Assembly: GCA_964549105.1 (NCBI GenBank) | Contig: CAZJTZ010000012.1 | Span: 29,850-93,849, forward strand | DNA: 64,000 nucleotides | Direction of reading: 5' to 3' | From: an uncultured Nitrospirales bacterium | Lineage (GTDB): Bacteria > Hydrogenedentota > Hydrogenedentia > Hydrogenedentales > Hydrogenedentaceae | Shown: positions 1 through 9,750 of the stretch, piece by piece | Layout: each line of letters starts with the position of its first letter | Position numbering within the stretch: the first letter of the stretch is position 1 | Notes under the pieces: model-generated | The model's input: the letters and a program-made list of their open reading frames with translations, nothing else | What the model was told of the DNA's origin: nothing | The model's database searches: none | Translations under genes and position numbers: made by a program

Positions 1-396
1 AACTCGTCTGTATGGGAATCAAGAAAATACTCTACCAATTGAGGGATAAACTTGCCCTTATACGGATGTAGCCTATGAACATGTTTAGTCCTTTCTGATT
101 CCTTGTATTCCATAAATGACAGGTGCCAATCTATATCCTCTCCTAAAGTTTCTTCCCATTTTGCCCGCTTATCAAACGAGTCGTAATACGATTTGAGTTC
201 ATCTTTATCTATCAATGGATTTCCATTGCTACCATATCTGGTGATTTTCCCGTATTGAAGCAAGTATGAAATATTTGAGGTAGTCACTTTCCTTTGCAGA
301 TAATCCGTTGCCCACAAAGCAGCCCTTTTTATATCTACTAATTTTCCACTTTGCTCATTTAATATGTCAAAACTTAACTGATTATTTTTCTTCATA
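1..396 (-). CDS. Partial CDS, 5' end in window and continuing past position 1: putative DNA methyltransferase-like protein
   Basis: Minus-strand ATG at 396 translates to MKKNNQLSFDILNEQSGKLVDIKRAALW...ESERTKHVHRLHPYKGKFIPQLVEYFLDSHTDE with no stop before the window edge. The E-R-T-x-H-x-x-x-x-HP-Y-K-G-K-F-I-P-x-L-V-E-x-x-L block resembles the conserved HPxxKP/LxERLI motif that precedes the FxGSG AdoMet motif in N6/N4 (beta-class-like) DNA methyltransferases. The rest of the protein lies outside the window. Confidence 0.35.
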
Positions 397-484
397 TCTT
401 ATATCAACTCTATTATGTCTTGTAAAAAATCTATGCTATTGCTTTATTATACTCGAATACTCATGGTATTTTAAGTATAAAATA

Positions 485-3034
485 TTACTGTATCTGTGGT
501 TCGTTTTGTGTCCAGCAGAGAAGTGTGAATGAATATACTTGATTTGATGGGATTGGAATGGTCACTTTCATTATAGGGGCGAAATAAGCGTCAAAGTATG
601 AATAATCCAATTTAATCACTATACATTCCGCAGGCAAGTTTTGAAACTCTATACACAAGAAGTTTCCTTTATCCTTAAAATCAAAGCCCATTCCTGTTAT
701 CCCATTATCTATTTTTTGAGGGGTATAAGAGAAGGGTTCATAGTCAAGAGACTTTTGAAAATTTCTATTCCATTTTTGTTGCGAGCAGGTCCAGACATCA
801 AAAGACTTCACATCCCTTCTCAAAAAGAAACTGGGCACGATAAAAAATGAGACCGTCTTTTCGGATGAACTTTTATTCTCGCAAATATATTCACAGACAA
901 TCTTCTTATCAGAGGACAATTTTAGTGTTCGCCGAAGTAAAATATCTGCTTCTAATTTTTTCTCTATAACTATCTTTTCCTTATCTGACTCTAATACTGC
1001 ACATGGTTCTAAAAAAGATTTCCAACAGCCTGTGTCAGAGATTTCTTGATATTCATTCCAGAGGAAATAAGAAGAAAGTCCTTTGTGAAAAGCATCTAGA
1101 TACTCGATACCTAAAGACTTATCCAACATACGAACAATCGCCCCAGAATACTCTGGTAACATCCACAAAATATAGGATTCATTTTCCAGAGGTATGATAT
1201 GATATGAAAAAGTAGATTTTGGAAATGTGTTTCCACAAAGCACTTCAGGAATAATCTCACGATAAGAAGAAAACCCGCTTTTTTTCACTATACTTTCTGC
1301 CCTGTCCATCTTATCCCAAAACTTTTTCTCGTCAACTATCGAAGGACCATTCTCCATCAATTTGTCATCCTGAATTTGTATTTCTGGGGGACAAACAAGA
1401 GCAGAATAATATGCAGGCATAGCTGCTCGTAATACCCTTGCATATATCTCCTGGCTCGCATAAGTCATATTCAGGGTTTGCTGAACTATTTCACCAATTC
1501 TGGAAGAATATTCTGCATTCCACCAGGGCACCCTTTGATATACGCTATATGCAGGCTCATAAGTTTTCACAAATTCTTTTTGTAAGTTTAAAATTTCTTG
1601 TAGTCTTGCCCCAGATGCACCATAAAATATATCCAGAAACTTTCTTAATTCCTCTTCCAGCACCAAATCGGGGTCCCACAACAGTTTCCCTAATAGATAG
1701 GATTTTAGCGAATCCCATTCTGAAAAAGGTCCAGGCTTTTGTGCATAAGAAGATACTACCACGCCACGGACCTGATAGCGGTCAAAGATTTGTAGATTCT
1801 TTTGAAAATAGAACCATTCAGGTTGAGGGAACAATCCACAATGATAGTTTGTCCCTGCATAATAAAGAACAAGCAAATTTGGAGTTAGATTATGCCAGTC
1901 TTTTAGGTCATTTAAGAAACAGGCATTTGTCATTGAGTTCGGGTCATCAATAGCATGAGCAACATCGCAGGTATCTGTGGATAATTCGATTAGAATTCTG
2001 TCATGGAGATTTATACTCTTTGGTGCTTTCCTCATTTTCCCTTTTAATAAAACACATAAGGATATATCTTTATCTACAAATTCCTTTTCCAACTGTTCAA
2101 CTGCATTATTCATCAAATTTAATAAGGGTCCAGCAAGGGATTCTGTTTTCTCCACCCATTCCCGACACGATTCACATGAACAGGATTTATCCGCTTTACC
2201 TACTTCTATTGTCCAGATTTTTCGACCCGGATTGGATTCCATATCTTTTCGCAAAAAGGCTAAAAATTTTTGTATTGTATCTTCATTGGAAAAACACACT
2301 ACTTTATCTTCTGGGCTTATTTTTGTTTCAATGACATCTGTATTTTGAGCATTCTTTGAATCCGATAGACACTCATAAATAGGGATTGGAATGAATTCTT
2401 CTTCAGATGGAGAGATAGAAAGGTGCAATCCCTCTTTTCTCTCCGCACTCATCTTAAATTCGGGGATATTGGACAAAAAGTGCCGAAATTCAAAGTGAGG
2501 AGTAAATTGATAATCTACCTCTTTCAATTTATAGCCTAAATTTGGCTTATGGATATACTCCTCTGAAAACCACGATACCTTTAAGAACCGCTCGAAAAAT
2601 ATATAAACTCCATGTAAAGTTCCCAAATCCGTCTTACCACAAATCAGTAATTGTTTGGCCACCCCCTTTTGCGCATATTTTTGTGCTGGCGTATAGGTTC
2701 GTATGATAAAGCCCTCATTCCCAAGTTCCTCTAATTCCTCAGGACCAATCCACTCTTTTGTGCAAAGTTCTGCACCTAACCATACATTAACCAAGCCCTG
2801 ATTTATGTTTGATATAGTAATAGTCCTATGGGCGCACTGTTCCCAATATTTCTTAAATACCTCCGCAGCATGCTGAATAAGGAAAGAGGGATTTTCAGGA
2901 ACAACCACATTCATCTCTCGATATAATGTGGCATCAATCCAATCTTTTGAAGAGACTTCTCCTACTTGAGCAATTGCCAATAGAGGGACTATCACTATGC
3001 CAAAAAAAACCATAACTATCTTTCTCTTTACCAT
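485..3034 (-). CDS. Secreted large protein, glycoside-hydrolase-like (DUF4838-like) with a CxCxxC motif
   Basis: 849-aa ORF with an N-terminal signal peptide (MVKRKIVMVFFGIVIVPLLAIAQ). Contains KSCSCESCREW (CxCxxC) and a domain organisation reminiscent of the DUF4838/GH20-like family. The product assignment is tentative. Confidence 0.5.
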   Translation of the reverse strand: MVKRKIVMVFFGIVIVPLLAIAQVGEVSSKDWIDATLYREMNVVVPENPSFLIQHAAEVFKKYWEQCAHRTITISNINQGLVNVWLGAELCTKEWIGPEELEELGNEGFIIRTYTPAQKYAQKGVAKQLLICGKTDLGTLHGVYIFFERFLKVSWFSEEYIHKPNLGYKLKEVDYQFTPHFEFRHFLSNIPEFKMSAERKEGLHLSISPSEEEFIPIPIYECLSDSKNAQNTDVIETKISPEDKVVCFSNEDTIQKFLAFLRKDMESNPGRKIWTIEVGKADKSCSCESCREWVEKTESLAGPLLNLMNNAVEQLEKEFVDKDISLCVLLKGKMRKAPKSINLHDRILIELSTDTCDVAHAIDDPNSMTNACFLNDLKDWHNLTPNLLVLYYAGTNYHCGLFPQPEWFYFQKNLQIFDRYQVRGVVVSSYAQKPGPFSEWDSLKSYLLGKLLWDPDLVLEEELRKFLDIFYGASGARLQEILNLQKEFVKTYEPAYSVYQRVPWWNAEYSSRIGEIVQQTLNMTYASQEIYARVLRAAMPAYYSALVCPPEIQIQDDKLMENGPSIVDEKKFWDKMDRAESIVKKSGFSSYREIIPEVLCGNTFPKSTFSYHIIPLENESYILWMLPEYSGAIVRMLDKSLGIEYLDAFHKGLSSYFLWNEYQEISDTGCWKSFLEPCAVLESDKEKIVIEKKLEADILLRRTLKLSSDKKIVCEYICENKSSSEKTVSFFIVPSFFLRRDVKSFDVWTCSQQKWNRNFQKSLDYEPFSYTPQKIDNGITGMGFDFKDKGNFLCIEFQNLPAECIVIKLDYSYFDAYFAPIMKVTIPIPSNQVYSFTLLCWTQNEPQIQ

Positions 3035-3423
3035 ATATACCGATAACTCTTTCTACTTATATCAAAGCCTTTTGAGAAATATAGTATTACATATTTTATG
3101 TTTTTGAACAAGTCTTAGACATCCCGCTGTTCAACCTTACAAAACAGAATTGCCATTCGGGCAAAGTTTATTCTTACAAAACTATGCGAGTATAGAAATA
3201 GTTTTCCTTTTCGAATCTGAAAGGGTCGAGTAGAACAAGACACTAAACCTTCTACCCCCTCTGATTTTAGCCTTTACTTACATGACATTGAATTCTTCAA
3301 CTTTATCTTCAAAATTTCTTTTCAAATTTGGCAACTTTTTGGGAAAAGAACTGGAAATATTTTTAATTATAATCTTGTTTCTAATCAAAAAAATAATAAT
3401 TCTGAATTAGAAGGAGAAGTATT

Positions 3424-4131
3424 ATGAGTTATTTGTTAAATGGTAAAGTCGCTATCGTTACAGGTTCATCTGGCGGAATTGGTTTGGAAATAGCCAGACT
3501 TCTTGCTGCGGAAAAAGCAACCGTAGTTTTATCTGCTCGTTCCAAAGACAAGATTGAATCTCTATCCAAAGAGTTACCCGGGTCTATTGCTATACCCACT
3601 GACCTTAGAGAGAAAAAAGATAGACAGAATTTAATAGAAAAAACTGTCAAAGAATTTAAACGGATAGATATATTGGTAAACAGTGCCGGACAAGGGATGT
3701 ATAGTCGTTTTGAAGATACTAATATTGAAGATTATAAAAAGATTATAGAGTTAAATGTTTTTGCCGTAGTAGATTTAATGCAAAAGGTTATCCCTATTAT
3801 GCGTGCAAACGGTGGCGGTAGAATATTAAATATAAGTTCCCTGTTATCCAAAATCTATATGCCTTGTTTTTCTGCTTACGCCTCAACCAAGTCTGCCTTA
3901 AATACCCTCTCTTTAACTGCCAGAGAAGAATTGAAAGCAGACAATATCATAGTTAGCGTAATGCACCCCAAACTCACATCTACGAATTTTGGAGCAAATT
4001 CTATAGGAGGTGACAAATTAAATATAGAATCTTTGTCTAAGGATAACAATTTGTTAAGTGACACTCCTCAAGAGGTGGCTATAAAAACGATTGAACTTAT
4101 AAAAAGCGGAGAAGCAGAGTATTCTATGTAA
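3424..4131 (+). CDS. Short-chain dehydrogenase/reductase (SDR) family oxidoreductase
   Basis: Rossmann TGxxxGIG motif (VAIVTGSSGGIGLEIA), NSAG motif, and Ser...YASTK catalytic motif (YxxxK). Length of 235 aa is typical of classical SDRs. A GGAG ribosome-binding site lies upstream (aaggagaagtattATG). Confidence 0.9.
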   Translation: MSYLLNGKVAIVTGSSGGIGLEIARLLAAEKATVVLSARSKDKIESLSKELPGSIAIPTDLREKKDRQNLIEKTVKEFKRIDILVNSAGQGMYSRFEDTNIEDYKKIIELNVFAVVDLMQKVIPIMRANGGGRILNISSLLSKIYMPCFSAYASTKSALNTLSLTAREELKADNIIVSVMHPKLTSTNFGANSIGGDKLNIESLSKDNNLLSDTPQEVAIKTIELIKSGEAEYSM

Positions 4132-4206
4132 AGAGTATAGTTCTTCCGGAAGAATTGCTGAGGAGATAGCTCTTATAAGACAAATAAGATAGATATATAG
4201 GGAATA

Positions 4207-4223
4207 CCCCTAAAAGGTAGGGG
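4207..4223. terminator. Hairpin between convergent genes (CCCCTA-aaagg-TAGGGG), possibly a bidirectional terminator
   Basis: 6-bp GC-rich stem with a 5-nt loop, located between the SDR stop (4131) and the minus-strand gene stop (4319). The flanks are AT-rich but there is no clean T-run. Confidence 0.3.
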
Positions 4224-4318
4224 AGACAATCTTGTTTCCATCTTTTCTGCCAGTAGAGATATTTTTTATGGTATTTTAGTCCTGTTCTCAGTGGTTTCCT
4301 TACGGACAAGAATACCTA

Positions 4319-5413
4319 CTATATTGTTGGAAGAGGAGGTAGGTTCAGTTGTTGCATAATAGGATTTTCGATATTATAACGAGGAATGATAATCTCCTGT
4401 TCTTTGCCGATTTGTTGACGAGCAATAAATAGTATAGAAGGAGGATGTTCATAAGCCAGGTCTTTAAGGTATGCCCACCATTCGGGATTGTCCAATTTTC
4501 GTCCCAAAAGGAGTTCAGATATACCAAGAATTTTTTCTGTGTCCAGCCCTTCATCCCATTCATCTTCCCAGAGATGTCCATCGGCTATGCGTTCCATCCG
4601 TAGTTTCAATTCTTTATAGAGCTCTTGTACCAGAGGGATAGATTCTTGAACATGTTGAATAAACTGTTCCCAATGGGGGTCTATTTGTTGAATCAGTTCA
4701 ATAAGGAATTGCACCTGTATTTCTGTCGGTTTATTTGTAATTTTACTTGCATGTTCGGGTAGTAAGAATAGATAGTGGAAGGCTGTTTTTAAGAAATCTT
4801 CCAGAGGCAGGTTTCCTATACATTCGTTCCATCGTGTTTTGTATTCGGCATGCAGGATTAAGGCATAGTCATGGTAGCGTGGAACTGCAGGTAGGGGTTC
4901 TGGGAAGGCACCGTAATCATGTTCCAGAGAGGAAGCCATTCGATAGGCTCGAACTGCTGTTGGGATATTTCCCTGTACCAATTCCTTTTCTCCCTGTTCG
5001 AAAAATAATTCTTGCATGCGTCGGCGAATCCGCAGAAGTTCGTAGGCTTGTGAAGCAGAGGTGAATTTCCCCTGCCTGACGGCGTTATCTGCCAGGGCTA
5101 AAAGCAATTCTGATGGTAATTGAACGGGACCTTTTTTATGAAGTTGTTTTTTGATATGTTCACGAATATCCTCGCGTGAGACTAAATCCAGAGCAGACTT
5201 AAATACCGGGCTTTGCTCTTCTTCTTCCGTTGGGAGCAGATAGGAATATTTAATGGAATAGATATCCTCAGTAGAGTCTTCACGAAGAGGTGAGTAGGGA
5301 AGGAACAGGAAATGAAAATTAACAATGTCTCCATCGGCAATAGTTTTTGCCATAGCCAAATCAATCGCTTTTTGTTCCACTACTTTTGTGGTATTATTTT
5401 TTTTGTTTGTCAT
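4319..5413 (-). CDS. Hypothetical protein (364 aa), translationally coupled to the upstream J-domain-like gene
   Basis: Long ORF with no recognised motif. Its start lies 2 nt downstream of the stop of 5416..6003 on the same strand. Confidence 0.55.
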   Translation of the reverse strand: MTNKKNNTTKVVEQKAIDLAMAKTIADGDIVNFHFLFLPYSPLREDSTEDIYSIKYSYLLPTEEEEQSPVFKSALDLVSREDIREHIKKQLHKKGPVQLPSELLLALADNAVRQGKFTSASQAYELLRIRRRMQELFFEQGEKELVQGNIPTAVRAYRMASSLEHDYGAFPEPLPAVPRYHDYALILHAEYKTRWNECIGNLPLEDFLKTAFHYLFLLPEHASKITNKPTEIQVQFLIELIQQIDPHWEQFIQHVQESIPLVQELYKELKLRMERIADGHLWEDEWDEGLDTEKILGISELLLGRKLDNPEWWAYLKDLAYEHPPSILFIARQQIGKEQEIIIPRYNIENPIMQQLNLPPLPTI

Positions 5414-5415
5414 GA

Positions 5416-6003
5416 CTATACTTTTCCCTCAAGCAAAATTTGTTTCACTGTTTGCTCCCGTTCGCTCCAGTCAATAGCGGGTCTGGTTACATCATAATAA
5501 GGTAGCCGTTCATGAATTTGCGAATATAGTTTCTGGCGATAATGTCGTAGGACACGGCTGGCATGTCGCTCATGGTAGGAATCCCAATTGCTTGTTTCTA
5601 CACACTCTTTATCTCTCCCTGCTTCCAGAACTAATTCTTCCATATATTTGGTCAGGAAATCCCGTAGCACACGGTCAAATTCTCGACGCAATCGGTCTCC
5701 TTCTGGGGAATTGGGGTCTTTTTCACCTATTTCGCACCATTGTTTTTCAAGTTGAATAACCTTTTTTCGATGTTCTACATACGCATTTCGTCTTTCTTCA
5801 TCACGAAGGATATAAAAAGCCGCATTTAATTTTGCCATGGTTAGTAGATATTGGTCTAATTGGTCAGGTGTTACCTTTGTGCTGTGGATATTTAATATTA
5901 AATCCTTCATCATTTTTTTGTAATTTTTTCGAACATCTCCCGTCTTACAATCTTCTTCAAGTCCTAAAATAGAAAAGTAATTTATATAAGTTTCATCATC
6001 CAT
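5416..6003 (-). CDS. J-domain-like protein with a degenerate HPD motif
   Basis: The N-terminus NYFSILGLEEDCKTGDVRKNYKKMMKDLILNIHSTKV...LNAAFYILRDEERRNAYVEH follows the DnaJ J-domain helix I-IV pattern (YYxILGV...IKKAYRKLA..HPD...NxAYxVLSDxxKRxxYD). The catalytic HPD is replaced by HST. Confidence 0.5.
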   Translation of the reverse strand: MDDETYINYFSILGLEEDCKTGDVRKNYKKMMKDLILNIHSTKVTPDQLDQYLLTMAKLNAAFYILRDEERRNAYVEHRKKVIQLEKQWCEIGEKDPNSPEGDRLRREFDRVLRDFLTKYMEELVLEAGRDKECVETSNWDSYHERHASRVLRHYRQKLYSQIHERLPYYDVTRPAIDWSEREQTVKQILLEGKV

Positions 6004-6128
6004 TGTTTGTTCCTTATACTGCGTACTGCATTTATATTATCATATAACGCAACAACCCGCTGTTAGTTTATCAAGGCATAATAACATTATTTATTTACCT
6101 GATACTTTTTTCAAATGAACGGGTCTAA

Positions 6129-7754
6129 TTAATTACCCTTTTTGCTTGTTGTCTTACCGTTTTTTTGGGCGTATTTATAAAGTTTGTATTCTATACTATC
6201 TATAAGTGCAGTAAAAGAAGCGGCAATAATATTTTCGGAAACGCCTACTGTGCACCATTGCTGATTTTCGTCGCTGGATTCAATAAATACACGAGTCGTG
6301 GCTTTTGTGGCTTGTTGTGCATCGAGAATGCGAACTTTATAATCTTCCAGATGAACATTTTGCAATTCGGGATAGTAGGGTTCGAGTGCCTTACGAAGAG
6401 CATTATTTAAGGCGTCTACTGGTCCATCTCCATCGGATACGGTATGTGCGATAGAGTTGTCAGGCAGTTGAATTTTTACAGTGGCTTCGGACTCCGAGTG
6501 TCGGTCCATTGCCCACTGGTTCACATGGGCATGGAAACTCAGCACATTAAAGGAAGGTTTATACAGTTCTAAAATTCTTAAAAGTTCTAATTCAAAAGAG
6601 GCATCTGCACCTTCAAATTCATAGCCCTCTGTTTCAAGTGCTTTTATGCGTTGAAGTAATTTTCGAAGTTGTGGGCTATCTTTATCGAGTTGAATGCCCA
6701 GTTCTTGAGCCTTCTGGATTAAATTGGCTCTCCCTGAAAGTTCACTTACGGTAATATGTGTAAGATTTCCCACCCATTCTGGGTTGATATGTTCATAACT
6801 GGCCTTTGCCTTTCGCACAGCGTCAGCATGCATCCCCGCTTTATGGGTAAAAGCATCTCGTCCTACATAGGGGTCTGTTTCTCTCGGCGCTACATTTGCA
6901 AGTTCAGCAATGATATGCGCTGTATAAGTCAATTTCCTCATTTGTTCCTCTTGAATAACCTCAAATCCCATCTTAAATTGAAGGTTGGGTATTAAGGTGC
7001 AGATATTTGCATTTCCCGTGCGTTCACCATAACCATTGATAGTCCCTTGAACATGCCTTGCCCCAGCATAAACGGCAGAAAGACTATTTGCAACAGCACA
7101 ACCGGTATCGTTATGAGTATGAATACCTATCTGCGTGCCTGGAAAAGTGTTAACGACCTGACTCGTAATCTTTTCTATTTGATGGGGCAAATGTCCTCCA
7201 TTGGTATCACAAAGCACTAATAAATCAGCACCATTATTTAGGGCTACTTCCAGAGTCTGCAAAGCATAATCAGGATTCAGGTCATACCCATCAAAAAAGT
7301 GTTCTGCATCTAAAAAAACTTTTCTGCCAAATTTTTTGAGATAGGAAACAGACTCCTCTATTAGTCTCAAGTTTTCGGCTAATGAAATTCCAAGAACTTC
7401 GGTTGCATGAAGTTCAGAAGACTTGGCAAAGATGGTTATAATCTCTGTTTCTGTTTGTAGTAGTGCATTAATATTTGGGTCCTTTTCAACAGCAACTTTC
7501 GGATGCCGAGTACTACCAAAAGCAACAATTTTCGAGTGTTTCAAATTCAACTGTTTTGCCTTGTTAAAAACCAGTTCTGCCTTTGGATTAGACGCAGGTT
7601 GACCTGCTTCAATGTAATGGATACCCAAGTCGTCTAATATCTGGATAACACGAATCTGGTCGTCCATAGAAAACTTGATGCCTGGACCTTGTGCACCATC
7701 TCGTAAAGTCGTATCATAGATTTCAACTTTTTCTTTTTGTGTAAAACTACTCAT
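6129..7754 (-). CDS. cimA: (R)-citramalate synthase / 2-isopropylmalate synthase family protein
   Basis: N-terminal VEIYDTTLRDGAQ HMGL-like motif, an internal HxH metal site (IGIHTHNDTG), and a C-terminal LeuA-dimer-like region. Length of 541 aa is typical of CimA-type enzymes. Confidence 0.7.
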   Translation of the reverse strand: MSSFTQKEKVEIYDTTLRDGAQGPGIKFSMDDQIRVIQILDDLGIHYIEAGQPASNPKAELVFNKAKQLNLKHSKIVAFGSTRHPKVAVEKDPNINALLQTETEIITIFAKSSELHATEVLGISLAENLRLIEESVSYLKKFGRKVFLDAEHFFDGYDLNPDYALQTLEVALNNGADLLVLCDTNGGHLPHQIEKITSQVVNTFPGTQIGIHTHNDTGCAVANSLSAVYAGARHVQGTINGYGERTGNANICTLIPNLQFKMGFEVIQEEQMRKLTYTAHIIAELANVAPRETDPYVGRDAFTHKAGMHADAVRKAKASYEHINPEWVGNLTHITVSELSGRANLIQKAQELGIQLDKDSPQLRKLLQRIKALETEGYEFEGADASFELELLRILELYKPSFNVLSFHAHVNQWAMDRHSESEATVKIQLPDNSIAHTVSDGDGPVDALNNALRKALEPYYPELQNVHLEDYKVRILDAQQATKATTRVFIESSDENQQWCTVGVSENIIAASFTALIDSIEYKLYKYAQKNGKTTSKKGN

Positions 7755-7846
7755 TTTTAAATCTCCACTGTGATTAAATGTATATTATATTACGAAACAA
7801 AAGAGATAAGGTTTATTACACTACAATATTGATAGGAAGTTTAGTT

Positions 7847-9073
7847 TCATATATAGAAGGGCATCCCCGTAAGGAACTTTTTGATTAATTCGTGGGCTTC
7901 TGAGTAATAGATACCAGTTTTTTGTGCTGAAAATTCATGATATTCAGAAACGCCCATAGGCTCAATACCCGCACCACACATTGCAAAAGGGACCGCACCC
8001 GTAGCATGAGTCCGTGTAGATAGTGCCGTAATATGGTCAGGTGCTACCAACAAACGAATTTCCTCAGGGGATTGTTTTACATACTCCAAAGCAGGTCTGA
8101 CAATCTTTTCGTCAAAATCTTCAATGGATTTAATCTTTAACTTTAAGTTCCCTTGATGAGCAGACTCGTCGGGTGCTTCAATATGCACATAGGCAAAATC
8201 AACATGCGAAAGGGCATTCAACGCAGTATCAATTTTCCCTTGATAGTTCGTGTCAATCCAACCTGTGGCTCCGGGCACATCTATAGATTCCAGACCTGCA
8301 CAAATGCCGATTCCTTTTACCAGGTCTACGGCAGATACAACTACACCTGTCAGGTTAAACAGTTCCTTGTATGTCTTTATCTCAGGTGTTCTGCCCTGCC
8401 CCCATAACCAGAACGAATTGGGTTCAGGTTCTCCTTGCTGGACTCGTTCTCTGGCAACTGGATGTTGAGGTAGTAATTTTTGGGAAACCAGCATAATAGA
8501 TTGTATAAGCGATTCTGCCGGTCCTGTAGGTAAATGCTCCCTCCACGCCTGACCTGTAATATCATGCGGAGGGGTGCAATAGGTCTTTTCTAAATCCTCA
8601 ACGGAGCAATCCTCTTTTGTATCAATTATTGCAAGGTGTCGGTAACTTACGCCAGGATAAAAATGAACCGGGAACTCATTTCCCAACGCTTTACCCATAT
8701 CCTGTATCAACACAGACGCTAATTCTGTAGGAATATGTCCTGATGTAAAGTCATACATCTTACCGTCTTGTAAAGATACAATATTACAGCGAAATGCTAC
8801 TTGTGATGAGTTCAGACGAATCCCCTGTCTTGCCGCTTCCAGAGGTGCTCTACCAGTAAAACAGTCGCGAGGATTAAATCCAAATAATGAGAGATTACCA
8901 ATATCACTTCCAGGGGGCAAGCCCTCCGGAATAGGACAAAACAAACCCACCCTCCCCCGTTGAGCAACTTCGTCCATCGCCGGGGTATGAGCTACCTGTA
9001 TCGGAGTTTTCCCGTTCAGCTCTGGAATGGGATAATCTGCCATCCCATCACCTACAAGTATAAGATATTTCAT
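7847..9073 (-). CDS. apgM: Cofactor-independent phosphoglycerate mutase, archaeal type (apgM family; proposed homoserine kinase in some bacteria)
   Basis: N-terminus MKYLILVGDGMADYPIPELNGKTPI is characteristic of the ApgM family. Length of 408 aa fits. Metalloenzyme/alkaline-phosphatase-like core. Confidence 0.8.
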   Translation of the reverse strand: MKYLILVGDGMADYPIPELNGKTPIQVAHTPAMDEVAQRGRVGLFCPIPEGLPPGSDIGNLSLFGFNPRDCFTGRAPLEAARQGIRLNSSQVAFRCNIVSLQDGKMYDFTSGHIPTELASVLIQDMGKALGNEFPVHFYPGVSYRHLAIIDTKEDCSVEDLEKTYCTPPHDITGQAWREHLPTGPAESLIQSIMLVSQKLLPQHPVARERVQQGEPEPNSFWLWGQGRTPEIKTYKELFNLTGVVVSAVDLVKGIGICAGLESIDVPGATGWIDTNYQGKIDTALNALSHVDFAYVHIEAPDESAHQGNLKLKIKSIEDFDEKIVRPALEYVKQSPEEIRLLVAPDHITALSTRTHATGAVPFAMCGAGIEPMGVSEYHEFSAQKTGIYYSEAHELIKKFLTGMPFYI

Positions 9074-9586
9074 ATACCGTACCTTAGAAAATAAATATTC
9101 CTATCACATAGAAAATCGGAGAAAATACAATTCACAAATAAACATCCCTAATTTAATATGTATATTATTATAGCAAAATATAGGTAACTGAAAGAAAAGC
9201 ATAAGGTTTCCGTAATATAAAATACTCCTCTATAAAATCATTAAAGGAACATTTAAAAATAATTATACCCCTTTTCTCCAGAAGAGTTATGAGAAGATAG
9301 GTCTTATAGAACAAATAAAACGGATATAATATATGGAGAATTACCCTTCGGACATTTTTTAACCATACCCATCTGGTAAGGCTACTCTTTAGGCGGGTTT
9401 TTGGGAGGAAGCATTATGCTGTTGTGGACACACCTTACGACAAGCAATTATCCTTAACTTTATATAAGACTTATTGGACCTACAGAACAAAAAACCGCAT
9501 ATAAAAAGTCTCTGCATTGTCCTGAGTAAAAAAATAAGTTGATTATGATTTAGTGTGAATTTTCAAATAGTAATATTATTCCAAGC

Positions 9587-9600
9587 GTGGAAATTTCCAC
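9587..9600. promoter_or_regulatory. Perfect 14-bp palindrome GTGGAAATTTCCAC in a long divergent intergenic region, candidate operator
   Basis: Seen directly at 9587-9600, followed by CCACACCCGTGG. It sits about 150 bp upstream of the pseudopilin operon start (9751), inside the 677-bp AT-rich region between apgM (minus) and the pilin genes (plus). Confidence 0.3.
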
Positions 9601-9750
9601 ACCCGTGGACTTCGTAAATCAAAATTTATTTGTATACCAAATAATAAATAATTATAACTTATTTTATTTCAATATCTTAATTATATAAGTATTTTTTTGT
9701 TTTTTATGGCATATTATTTGCTTTATTCAAATTAGTTTAGGATTTATAAT

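Noticed and set aside
308-532. 74-aa plus-strand ORF at the left end
   Set aside because: It overlaps the better-supported minus-strand methyltransferase-like partial gene and the start region of the 485..3034 gene. Its composition is low-complexity hydrophobic. Likely spurious.
1438-2348. Plus-strand ORFs (171, 123, 104 aa) inside the 485..3034 minus-strand gene
   Set aside because: They lie antisense within a long, well-supported ORF and have no RBS or recognisable motifs. They are typical shadow ORFs. The same applies to other short antisense ORFs in the track, such as 42308..42757, 45642..46244, 47539..47919, 53841..54182, 30060..30380 and 32671..32910.
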